DNA of 64,000 nucleotides, from positions 10,771-74,770 of the forward strand of contig JAHFUS010000005.1 in NCBI GenBank assembly GCA_023264975.1, read 5' to 3'. How positions within the stretch are numbered: the first letter of the stretch is position 1; every line of letters starts with the position of its first letter. Below are positions 42,250-50,578 of this stretch, in pieces. Source of the DNA: Actinomycetes bacterium. GTDB lineage: Bacteria > Actinomycetota > Acidimicrobiia > Acidimicrobiales > GCA-2861595. The notes beneath the pieces were generated by a model that did no database searches, was not told the DNA's origin, and saw only the letters and a list, made by a program, of their open reading frames with translations. A program made the position numbers and the translations under genes.

Positions 42250-44961
42250 TCATGCCAGGCGCGACTCGACCGCTTCGGGATCGAGATCGTACCGGGCGAT
42301 GGCGGCGGCGACCTCCTCGGGGTCGGCCGCTCCGGTGGCGGCCAGCCGGGCGAGGACGGCGACCACCAGGTGGGGGGCGTCGGTCTCGAAGTGGCGCCGC
42401 AGGGCGGGACGCGTGTCCGAGCGCCCGTATCCGTCGGTGCCGAGGGTGGTGAGGCCACCGGGGATCCACCCGGCCACCTGGTCGGGGACGGCCTTCATGA
42501 AGTCGGTGATGGCCACCACCGGCCCCTGTGCGGCCGACAGCGCCTCGGACACGTAGGGGCTGCGGGGGGCGTCTGTGGGGTGCAGCCGGTTCCACCGGGT
42601 TGCGGTCAGGGCGTCCTCCCGCAGCGCCTTGTACGACGTCGCGCTCCACAGCTCCGCAGCCACGTCGTGGTCCTCGGCCAGCAGTTCCCGGGCCTCGCGG
42701 GCCGCGCCCTGGGCGGTGCCGCTGAACAGGATGGTCGCCCGCCGCTCCGGTCCCTCCGGTGCCTCGGCGAATTGGTACAGCCCGCGCAGGATGCCGGCGG
42801 TGGCGCCCTCCGGCATGGGGGGCATCGGGTAGTTCTCGTTGTAGAGGGTGAGGTAGTAGAAGACGTCCTCGGGCTCGTCGCCGCACATGCGGGCGATGCC
42901 GTCCTGCACGATGGTGGCCACCTCGTAGGCGAAGGCCGGGTCATAGGCGGCCAGGTTCGGCACGGTGGCGGCCAGGACCAGGCTGTGGCCGTCCTGGTGC
43001 TGGAGCCCTTCGCCGTTCAGGGTCGTGCGGCCGGCGGTGGCGCCCAGAAGGAAGCCACGTCCCCGGAGGTCGCCGAAGGCCCAGATGAGGTCGCCCACCC
43101 GCTGGAACCCGAACATGGAATAGAAGATGTAGAAGGGGATCATGGGCTCGCCCCACGTGGCGTAGCTGGTGCCCGCCGCTGCGAACGACGCCATGGCGCC
43201 CGCCTCGTTGATCCCCTCCTCCAGGATCTGCCCCTGCTTGCTCTCGCGGTACGACAGCTGCATGCCGGAGTCGACCGGCTCGTAACGCTGTCCCGACGGG
43301 GCATAGATCTTCACCTCGTTGAACAGCGGGTCGAGCCCGAAGGTGCGGGCCTCGTCGGGGACGATGGGCACTACCCGCCTACCGATCGTCCTGTCCCGAA
43401 GGAGCGACCGGAGGAGGCCGGCGAAGGCCATGGTGGTGGATACCGACCGGTTGCCCGACCCACCCACAAGGTCGGCGAAGGCGGTCGCGTCCGGCTGGCC
43501 GGACGGGTTCGGGCGCACGACCCGCTTGGGCAAGAACCCTCCGAGCGCGCGGCGGCGCTCGTGCAGGTATGCCTCCTCCGGCGAGCCCTTGGGCAGGCAG
43601 ACATAGGGCGGAAGGTCGCCGGCCAGGGCGTCGTCGGGGACGAGGTCGCCCAGGTTCAGCCGTTGGCACAGCTCGGACAGCTGCGCTCGGGCCATCTTCT
43701 TGATCTGATGGGCCGAGTTGCGGCTCTCGATGCCGGTGCCGAGGCGTGACCCCTTCAACGTCTTGGCCAGGATCACGGTGGGCGACGACTCGTGGTTCGC
43801 CGCCGCGTGGAACGCCGCATAGAGCTTGGCCCGATCGTGGCCGCCGCGGGGGAGGGTGAACACGGGGTCGTCGTCCGGCAGGTGCGCCACCATGCGGGCC
43901 AGGCGGGGGTCGGAGCCGAAGAACCGCTCCCGCACATAGGCGGCCCCTTCGACGGCGTACTTCTGGTACTCGCCGTCGAGGGTGGCGTTCAGCTTATCCA
44001 GCAGGACGCCCTCGACGTCGGCCGCCAGCAGGTCGCTCCAGCGCGAGCCCCACACCACCTTGGCCACGTTCCAGCCTGCGCCCCGGAACACGGCTTCGAG
44101 CTCCTGGATGATCTTGCCGTTGCCCCGCACCGGCCCGTCGAGGCGCTGGAGGTTGCAGTTGACGACGAAGATCAGGTTGTCGAGGTGCTCACGGGCGGCG
44201 ATGGACAGCGCGCCGAGGGTCTCGGGCTCGTCGCATTCGCCGTCGCCGATGAAGCACCACACCCTTGAGGCGCTGGTGTCGACGATGCCGCGGTCCGCCA
44301 GGTACCGGTTGAAGCGGGCCTGGTAAATGGCCGAGATCGGGCCCAGCCCCATCGAGACGGTGGGGAACTCCCAGAAGTCCTTCATGAGCCGGGGGTGGGG
44401 ATAGCTCGACAGGCCGGCGCCGCCGATCTCGCGCCTGAAGTGGTCGAGCTGGTCCTCGCTGAGGCGCCCCTCCAGGAACGCCCGGGCGTAGATGCCCGGC
44501 GAGGCATGGCCCTGGAAGAAGACCTGATCCCCTGGCGTGTCGCCGTCCTTGCCCCTGAAGAAGTGGTTGAAGCCCATCTCGTAGAGGCAGGTGGCCGAGG
44601 CGGGGGTGGAAAGGTGGCCGCCGATGCCCTCGCTCTGGGCGTTGGCGCGGATCACCATGGCCGCCGCGTTCCAGCGCACCATGCCCTCGATGCGCCGCTC
44701 CAGGGCGACGTCGCCCGGGTAGGCGGGCTCGTTGGCGGGCGGGATGCTGTTGACGTACGGGCTGGCGACCGTGGCCGGGAAGCCGACGTCGTTCTCGTTG
44801 GCCCAGTGCAGCAGCCGGCTCAGCACCAGGCGGGCACCGCCGGCGCCGTGGGCGTCCACGACTGCACCGAGCGAGTCGGCCCACTCCTCGGTGAGCCCGG
44901 CGTCGGCCTCGGGGAGCTGATCGGCGTACCCGCCGTTCAGCTGCAAGCGTGTACCGGTCAC
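42250..44961 (-). CDS. aceE: Pyruvate dehydrogenase E1 component (homodimeric AceE type)
   Basis: 903 aa. SIPPANEPAYPGD, GGHLSTPASA, GDGECDEPE, a TPP-binding region and the C-terminal transketolase-like part. GTG start 44961. Confidence 0.95.
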   Translation of the reverse strand: MTGTRLQLNGGYADQLPEADAGLTEEWADSLGAVVDAHGAGGARLVLSRLLHWANENDVGFPATVASPYVNSIPPANEPAYPGDVALERRIEGMVRWNAAAMVIRANAQSEGIGGHLSTPASATCLYEMGFNHFFRGKDGDTPGDQVFFQGHASPGIYARAFLEGRLSEDQLDHFRREIGGAGLSSYPHPRLMKDFWEFPTVSMGLGPISAIYQARFNRYLADRGIVDTSASRVWCFIGDGECDEPETLGALSIAAREHLDNLIFVVNCNLQRLDGPVRGNGKIIQELEAVFRGAGWNVAKVVWGSRWSDLLAADVEGVLLDKLNATLDGEYQKYAVEGAAYVRERFFGSDPRLARMVAHLPDDDPVFTLPRGGHDRAKLYAAFHAAANHESSPTVILAKTLKGSRLGTGIESRNSAHQIKKMARAQLSELCQRLNLGDLVPDDALAGDLPPYVCLPKGSPEEAYLHERRRALGGFLPKRVVRPNPSGQPDATAFADLVGGSGNRSVSTTMAFAGLLRSLLRDRTIGRRVVPIVPDEARTFGLDPLFNEVKIYAPSGQRYEPVDSGMQLSYRESKQGQILEEGINEAGAMASFAAAGTSYATWGEPMIPFYIFYSMFGFQRVGDLIWAFGDLRGRGFLLGATAGRTTLNGEGLQHQDGHSLVLAATVPNLAAYDPAFAYEVATIVQDGIARMCGDEPEDVFYYLTLYNENYPMPPMPEGATAGILRGLYQFAEAPEGPERRATILFSGTAQGAAREARELLAEDHDVAAELWSATSYKALREDALTATRWNRLHPTDAPRSPYVSEALSAAQGPVVAITDFMKAVPDQVAGWIPGGLTTLGTDGYGRSDTRPALRRHFETDAPHLVVAVLARLAATGAADPEEVAAAIARYDLDPEAVESRLA

Positions 44962-44990
44962 TTTCGCACCATCCCTTCGTGATGGCGCAC
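44958..44990 (-). promoter_or_regulatory. Conserved leader motif, copy 2 (immediately upstream of and including the aceE start)
   Basis: Plus strand tcacTTTCgcaccatcccttcgtgatgGcgcac. 28 of 33 positions are identical to 42181..42213, including a 19-nt identical core gcaccatcccttcgtgatg. Confidence 0.5.
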
Positions 44991-45025
44991 GTGTGCGTTT
45001 CCGGCAGGCCGACCTCGCCGGCCGT

Positions 45026-46210
45026 TCATGAGCTACCCACCTTCACGAGCACTGCCTCGCCCTGGCCGCCGCCGCCGCACAGGGCAGCGGCGCCCAGCCC
45101 GCCACCGCGCCGGCGCAGCTCCTCGGCCAGTGTCATGACGACGCGGGTGCCTGACATGCCGATGGGGTGCCCGAGGGCGATGGCCCCGCCGTTGACGTTC
45201 ACGATGTGGCCGGTGATGCCGAGGTCGGTCATGCTGGCCGCGCTGACGGCCGCGAACGCCTCGTTGATCTCGAACAGGTCGACGTCGGCCGTCGCCCTGC
45301 CCGTCTTCTCCAGGGCGCGCAGGATTGCCCGGCTGGGCTGGGTGAGGAGCGACGGATCGGGCCCGGACACGATCCCGAAGCCGACAAGCTCGGCCGGGTG
45401 TGTGAGGCCCAGCTCGGCCGCCTTGGCCGCGCTGACCACGACCACGGCGGCGGCGCCATCGGAGATCTGCGAGGCGTTGCCGGCCGTGACCGTGCCGTCC
45501 TTGGCGAAGGCGGGCTTGAGCCGGGCCAGCGCGGCCACTGTGGTGTCGGGGCGCACCCCTTCGTCGGTGTCCATCACCAGAGGGTCGCCCCGCTGGGAGA
45601 CGCTGACGGACACGATCTCGGAGGCCAGCCTTCCGTCCTTGATGGCCGCGGCCGCCCGCTCGTGGCTCTTGGCCGCCAGCTCGTCCTGGGCGGTCCGGGA
45701 GATGGACGCTGCCTTCACGTACGCATCGGTGCCGGCACCCATGTGCACGTCGTCGAACGAGCACCACAGGCCGTCGTGCACCAGTGCGTCGACGGCCGTG
45801 ACGTCGCCGAGTCGGAAGCCGGCGCGGGCGCCGGGCAGCAGGTAGGGCGCCCTGCTCATCGACTCCATGCCGCCCGCCACCACGATGTCGGCATCGCCTG
45901 AGCGGATCATCTGGTCGGCCACGTAGATGGCGTGCAACCCGGAGAGGCACACGTTGTTGACGGTCACGGCGGGGACGCCCATGGGAATGCCGCCCCTGGC
46001 CGCCGCTTGGCGAGCCGGGTTCTGGCCCTGGCCGGCCTGCAGGACCTGGCCCATGACGACCTGGTCGACCTGTCCGGGGTCGATGCCGGCGCGGGCCAGG
46101 GCGGCGGCGATGGCGAGACCGCCCAACTCCACGGCCGGGAGGGATGAAAGCGCTCCACCGAGCTTGCCGATGGGCGTGCGGGCGGACCCGGCGAGAAAGG
46201 ATCCCTGCAT
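45026..46210 (-). CDS. Acetyl-CoA acetyltransferase (thiolase II)
   Basis: MQGSFLAGSARTPIGKLGG, active-site NNVCLSGLHA, NVNGGAIALGHPIGMSG and CGGGGQG. GAGGAG RBS before ATG 46210. Confidence 0.94.
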   Translation of the reverse strand: MQGSFLAGSARTPIGKLGGALSSLPAVELGGLAIAAALARAGIDPGQVDQVVMGQVLQAGQGQNPARQAAARGGIPMGVPAVTVNNVCLSGLHAIYVADQMIRSGDADIVVAGGMESMSRAPYLLPGARAGFRLGDVTAVDALVHDGLWCSFDDVHMGAGTDAYVKAASISRTAQDELAAKSHERAAAAIKDGRLASEIVSVSVSQRGDPLVMDTDEGVRPDTTVAALARLKPAFAKDGTVTAGNASQISDGAAAVVVVSAAKAAELGLTHPAELVGFGIVSGPDPSLLTQPSRAILRALEKTGRATADVDLFEINEAFAAVSAASMTDLGITGHIVNVNGGAIALGHPIGMSGTRVVMTLAEELRRRGGGLGAAALCGGGGQGEAVLVKVGSS

Positions 46211-46248
46211 GTTTTCGCTCCTCATTCTAGGGGAAGTCGTGCGTGAGA

Positions 46249-47130
46249 TCAGCGCCTGGCCGGGTACTCGTAGAAGCCCTGGCCGGTCTTGCGGCCCAGT
46301 TGCTCCGCCGTCACCATGCGCTTGAGCAGCGGGGCCGGTGCGAAGCACGCCTCGGGGCGGTCGGCGTGCAGGGCGTCGAGTATCGCCACGCTGGTGTCGA
46401 GGCCGATGAGGTCGAGCAGTTCCAGCGGCCCCATCGGGAACCCGCAGCCACCCTTCATGGCGGCGTCGATGTCCTCCTTGGACGCGGTCTCGGCGTCGAG
46501 CATCTTGACGGCGCCATTGAGGTACGGGAACAGCAGGGCATTGACGATGAAGCCGGCGTTGTCCTTCACCATCACGGTGTCCTTGCCGCAGTCCTCGGCG
46601 AACCGGCGTGCGGTGTCGACGGTGACGGGGTCGGTGGTGACGGCGGGCACGATCTCCACCAGCGGCATCCTCGGGGCGGGGTTGAAGAAGTGGAGGCCGA
46701 CGACCCGGTCGGGCCGGCCGGTGGCCATGGCCACGTCGGACACCGCCAGCGTGGAGGTGTTGGTGGCGAGGATGGTCTCGTCCGAGCAGACCCGGTCGAG
46801 CTCCTGGAACACGCGGCGCTTGACCTCGAGGTCCTCGACGACGGACTCGAGGACGAGCCCGCAACTGCCGAGTTCTTCGATGTCGGTGGTCGTCCGCATC
46901 CGGCCGATGGCGGCGTCGCGGTCCTCGGCCGAGAGCATGCCCTTCTCGACCTGAGAGCTCAGGGACTTCAGGACCCTTCCCATGGCCGCATCGGCGCTTG
47001 ACTGCTGGCGGCTCCGCAGGGTCACGTCGAAGCCGGCCAGTGCGGCCACTTCCGCGATCCCCGAGCCCATGATCCCGGACCCTGCGACGCCTACCGACGT
47101 GAGGCCTTCTGTCTTCGTTGCGGTCGTCAT
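46249..47130 (-). CDS. 3-hydroxyacyl-CoA dehydrogenase (second Hbd-like paralogue)
   Basis: AAGGAG RBS. VGVAGSGIMGSGIAEVAA, ATNTSTLAV, GLHFFNPAPRMPLVEIV, DNAGFIVNALL and GCGFPMGPLELLDLIGLD. Confidence 0.92.
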   Translation of the reverse strand: MTTATKTEGLTSVGVAGSGIMGSGIAEVAALAGFDVTLRSRQQSSADAAMGRVLKSLSSQVEKGMLSAEDRDAAIGRMRTTTDIEELGSCGLVLESVVEDLEVKRRVFQELDRVCSDETILATNTSTLAVSDVAMATGRPDRVVGLHFFNPAPRMPLVEIVPAVTTDPVTVDTARRFAEDCGKDTVMVKDNAGFIVNALLFPYLNGAVKMLDAETASKEDIDAAMKGGCGFPMGPLELLDLIGLDTSVAILDALHADRPEACFAPAPLLKRMVTAEQLGRKTGQGFYEYPARR

Positions 47131-47171
47131 TGTGGAGGTATCTCCTTGATCGGTGTTCTCGAAGGCGGACG

Positions 47172-48839
47172 TCACCCGTGGACGTACGTACCTGGCGCAT
47201 CGCAGAGCACGGGGTGCTCGGCACTGCCCATCTCGGGCGGTTTTCGCCGTCGTCCGGCCCGGTCGGCCAGCCACGTCACCCAGTCCTCCCACCACGAGCC
47301 TTCGTGCTCGACGGCCCCTGCCAACCAGAGCTCGGGGTCCTTGGGAAGGGCTTCGTTGATCCAGTGCAACCGCCGCGGCCCCGGTGGGTTCACGATGCCG
47401 GCGATGTGACCGGCCGAGCTGAGCACGAAGCGGACGGCGGCGTTCTCCAGAAGGCCGGTGGTGGCGTACGACGAGCTCCACGGGGTGATGTGGTCCTCCC
47501 TTGCGCCCAGCACGTAGGTGTCGGCCGTGATGGCGTCGAGGCGGAGCGGCTGTCCGGCCAGTTCCATGGTCCCTCGGGCCAGGCGGTTCTCGACGTAGAA
47601 CGAGCGCAGGTACTGCGAATGGGTGGCGGCCGAGATCCGGGTTGCATCGGAGTTCCACGCCAGGATGTCGAAGGCGGGGGGCGTTTCGCCCATGAGCCAG
47701 TTGGCGGCGACGTAGTTCCAGATGAGGTCGTTGGGTCGTAAAGCGTCGAAGGTGGTGGCCATCTCCCGTCCGTCGAGATAGCCCTGCGCGGCCATGCGCT
47801 CCTCGACCCGCGCCACCGCCCGGGCATCGGTGAAGCAGGCCAGGGGGCCCGGTTCGCTGAAGTCGATCAGCGTGTTCAACAACGTGGTGGAGCGGACCTT
47901 GTCCTTGCCGGCCGCCGCCAGCCACGCTTCGAGCATCACGGCGAGGGTGCCGCCGACGCACAGGCCGGCCAGGTTCACCTGGGGAGCGCCGGTGATCCGG
48001 CGCACGACGTCGACCGCCGTCCCCAGCCCGGTGAGGAGGTAGTCGTCGAGGCCGACTTCCCGCATGGACTCGTCCGGGTTGGTGTAGCTGATGGCGAAGG
48101 TAGTGTGCCCGTGGGCAACGGCCCATTCGACGAAGCTCCGGCCGGGCGCCAGGTCCATGACGTAGTAGCGGTTGATCCACGGCGGACTCAGGAGCAGCGG
48201 GACATCGAACACGGTCCCGGTCGCAGGCTCGTACTGGATGAGCTCGATCAGCTCGTTCCGGAAGACGACCCTGCCCGGCGTGCAGCCCAGGTTGGTGCCG
48301 ACCTCGAAGCCCGATGTGTCGACCTGCCGGGGCCGGCCGTGGTTCTCGGCCACGTCGTCGGCCAGGTTCCGCAGGCCACTCACCACGCTGGCGCCCTTGG
48401 TGTCGACCGCCTTGCGCAGGGCCGTGGGGTTCCCCCACAAGAAGTTGGTGGGCGCCAGCGAGTCCACTACCAGGTCGACGGCGAAGCCGGCCTTGCGTGC
48501 TTCGGGGCCGTGGAGGCCGGCAGCCGCAGGCAGGTCTCGCATGGAGCGGGACCAGGCCAGGTAGGCCTGCCGTTGGGCCAGGAACCACGGGCGCTCTTCC
48601 CATGCGGGGTCGCTGAACCGGCGGTCCTTCGGGGCCGGCGCCAGGCGGGGCTGACCCTTCCAACCGAGGGCGCGTGCGGCCGATTGTGCTCCGGCGGCCG
48701 CCATGCCGGCACCGAGGCGCGTGGCCCACTGCAGGGCCGGTACGGGCCGGGTGGCCATGCGGGCACCCACGTGAACCAGGGCCCGGCCGAACGAGCTGGG
48801 GTCACTGGCGGCGACGGAGGCGCACTTCCCGGGGCTCAT
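47172..48839 (-). CDS. phaC: Class I poly(3-hydroxyalkanoate) synthase PhaC (copy 1)
   Basis: DRRFSDPAW, PPWINRYYVMDLAPGRSFVEW, lipase box GLCVGG, FDILAWNSD and SSAGHIAGIVNPP. ATGA overlap with the phaJ stop. Confidence 0.93.
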   Translation of the reverse strand: MSPGKCASVAASDPSSFGRALVHVGARMATRPVPALQWATRLGAGMAAAGAQSAARALGWKGQPRLAPAPKDRRFSDPAWEERPWFLAQRQAYLAWSRSMRDLPAAAGLHGPEARKAGFAVDLVVDSLAPTNFLWGNPTALRKAVDTKGASVVSGLRNLADDVAENHGRPRQVDTSGFEVGTNLGCTPGRVVFRNELIELIQYEPATGTVFDVPLLLSPPWINRYYVMDLAPGRSFVEWAVAHGHTTFAISYTNPDESMREVGLDDYLLTGLGTAVDVVRRITGAPQVNLAGLCVGGTLAVMLEAWLAAAGKDKVRSTTLLNTLIDFSEPGPLACFTDARAVARVEERMAAQGYLDGREMATTFDALRPNDLIWNYVAANWLMGETPPAFDILAWNSDATRISAATHSQYLRSFYVENRLARGTMELAGQPLRLDAITADTYVLGAREDHITPWSSSYATTGLLENAAVRFVLSSAGHIAGIVNPPGPRRLHWINEALPKDPELWLAGAVEHEGSWWEDWVTWLADRAGRRRKPPEMGSAEHPVLCDAPGTYVHG

Positions 48840-49342
48840 GCGCGGGTCCCGCCCGAGCCACCGGGGACATCGACGTAGTAGTGGAACAAGATGTCGGCCA
48901 CGCAGCCCGGCTTGACCTGCCCCTCGACCTCGTAGGTCAGGCGGTAGGTGGTCTGGAAGCCGCCGGCCAGAGTCTTCACGGCCGGGAGCGCGATGAGCGC
49001 ACGCACCCGCGAGCCGACGCGAACGGGTGCCGGGAAGCGCACCCGGTCCGAGCCGTAGTTGAGGATGAGCCCTGCGCCGCGCACGGTGACGACCTCGTAG
49101 AGGAACACAGTCGACAGCGAGAGGGTGAAGTAGCCGTGGGCCACGGTTGTCGCGAAGGGCCCGCTCGCCGAACGCACGGGATCGACATGGATCCACTGCT
49201 CGTCGCCGGTCAGGCGGGCGAAGGTATCGACCTCGTCCTGGGTGATGTGGTGCCATGAACTCTGCCCGAGCGTGTGGCCGGCCCGCGCCGGGAGATCGGC
49301 GATGTCGATGACTGAACTTGTGGTCTGCTCGTTCTGGGGCAT
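48836..49342 (-). CDS. phaJ: MaoC-like (R)-specific enoyl-CoA hydratase (PhaJ-like)
   Basis: CCGGAGGAC-ATG at 49342. ITQDEVDTFARLTGDEQWIHVDP..A.GPF..TVAHGY hot-dog fold hydratase motif. Confidence 0.85.
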   Translation of the reverse strand: MPQNEQTTSSVIDIADLPARAGHTLGQSSWHHITQDEVDTFARLTGDEQWIHVDPVRSASGPFATTVAHGYFTLSLSTVFLYEVVTVRGAGLILNYGSDRVRFPAPVRVGSRVRALIALPAVKTLAGGFQTTYRLTYEVEGQVKPGCVADILFHYYVDVPGGSGGTRA

Positions 49343-49631
49343 GTCCTCCGGTCCGGCGGGGCGGCTGTGCTGCTCCGGCCCGGTCACGTACGGCACTGGT
49401 GCGCGTCTCGATGGGTCAAGGGTCCGACTCTGCGACGGCGCCCCATCGCTCCCGTCCTGTTGCCATCATGCGCTACTCGAGTTACGCCCTCGTGGCTTGA
49501 GTACCAAGGGCCCATGACCGTTCTGTGAAAGCCGCCTGAACGCCCGACGCCAACCCCTCGGGGCGTTCGGGATGGCTTCAACTCCCGCGCCTACCCCGCA
49601 CTGCACCGGCCGAAACACAGAAAAGTTTTAT

Positions 49632-49661
49632 TTCTCATACCGAGCATGTGCGTGGTATAGT
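49632..49661 (+). promoter_or_regulatory. Putative sigma-70-type promoter of the phasin-like gene
   Basis: TTCTCA (49632-49637), an 18-nt spacer, then TATAGT (49656-49661), in an unusually AT-rich patch about 35 nt upstream of ATG 49696. Pattern match only. Confidence 0.3.
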
Positions 49662-49695
49662 TAACTAACCAACCGGAACAGAAAGGGAGGCTCAC

Positions 49696-50004
49696 ATGCC
49701 AACCGCGCTTGACGCCACCACCGAGATCCAGCAGAAGTTCCTCGACGGGCTGGAGGCGAGCCAGAAGGCGTTCGTCTCCATCGTGGGCACCTGGGCCGAC
49801 ACCGTGGAGGCAGTCGTCGCCAAGCTGCCCGAGCTGATGTTCACGCAGCCGGTCAAGCCCACAGAAGCAATGGAGAGCCTGTTCGGGTTCACCGAGAAGG
49901 TGCTGGCCGGCCAGAGGGACTTCGCCAGCCAAGTGTTCCAGGCGGCAATGCCGGCCACCAAGGCGCCGGCCACCGCGGCCCGGGCTGCGTCCTCCAAGGC
50001 CTGA
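49696..50004 (+). CDS. Phasin-like / PHA-granule-associated protein candidate (small helical protein)
   Basis: AAAGGGAGG RBS. Helical, Ala/Gln/Lys-rich 102-aa protein (EIQQKFLDGLEASQKAFVSIVGTW..) sitting between two phaC genes. The function is inferred from context. Confidence 0.6.
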   Translation: MPTALDATTEIQQKFLDGLEASQKAFVSIVGTWADTVEAVVAKLPELMFTQPVKPTEAMESLFGFTEKVLAGQRDFASQVFQAAMPATKAPATAARAASSKA

Positions 50005-50062
50005 GCGGGGTCACGCCGCCGGCCGCCCGTCCACGGGCACGTCCGCAAAGTCGGCTACAGGT

Positions 50063-50080
50063 AGGTGGGTCCCCCCACCT
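50063..50080 (+). terminator. Short hairpin downstream of the phasin-like gene
   Basis: AGGTGGG-TCCC-CCCACCT (7-bp stem). No U-tail, so this is a weak call. Confidence 0.25.
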
Positions 50081-50179
50081 CGTGGCGGAGGCTGGGGGAT
50101 GGGGCCCCGGCCGGGTAGATAGCATTGCGTTCACGAGGAGTGTGGACACCGAGGGTGCGATGGGTGGTCGGCGGCGGGA

Positions 50180-50578
50180 GTGGCGGTGACTGACGACCCG
50201 TGGCAGGCGCACCGTGAGGCGCTCGGCGGATTTCTGAGGGCACAACGCAGCCTGGCCAAGCTGTCGCTGCGCGAGATGGCGGAACGCACGAAGGTGTCCA
50301 ACGCCTACCTCAGCCAGATCGAGCGGGGACTGCACGCGCCGTCGGTGCGCGTGCTCCGCTCCATCGCCCAGGCGCTCGACCTGTCGGCTGAGGCCGTGCT
50401 GGCCCAGGCCGGCTTGGTCGACGCCGCCGGCGGGGCCGACCAGGAGGACGGGACCGACCGTCCGGCCAGGGGAGGGACCGAGGCGGCCATCCGCCAGGAC
50501 CCGTCGTTGACTGACGACCAGAAGGAGGCGTTGCTCAGCGTGTACCGCAGCTACCGAGGCGCCAACCGACTTGGCTGA
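50180..50578 (+). CDS. XRE-family helix-turn-helix transcriptional regulator
   Basis: LGGFLRAQRSLAKLSLREMAERTKVSNAYLSQIERGLHAPSVRVLRSIAQAL is a classic HTH_3/XRE motif. Its stop overlaps the phaC-2 start. Confidence 0.85.
   Translation: MAVTDDPWQAHREALGGFLRAQRSLAKLSLREMAERTKVSNAYLSQIERGLHAPSVRVLRSIAQALDLSAEAVLAQAGLVDAAGGADQEDGTDRPARGGTEAAIRQDPSLTDDQKEALLSVYRSYRGANRLG

Noticed and set aside
49343-49695. 353-nt intergenic region between phaJ and the phasin-like gene, examined for a tRNA (including tRNA-Sec), an sRNA or a small ORF
   Set aside because: No cloverleaf-compatible acceptor or T-arm pairing was found; GGCGTTCGGGATGGC only superficially resembles a T-loop. The small ORFs 49318..49500 and 49384..49581 have poor codon bias and junk composition. 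I keep only a tentative promoter call.
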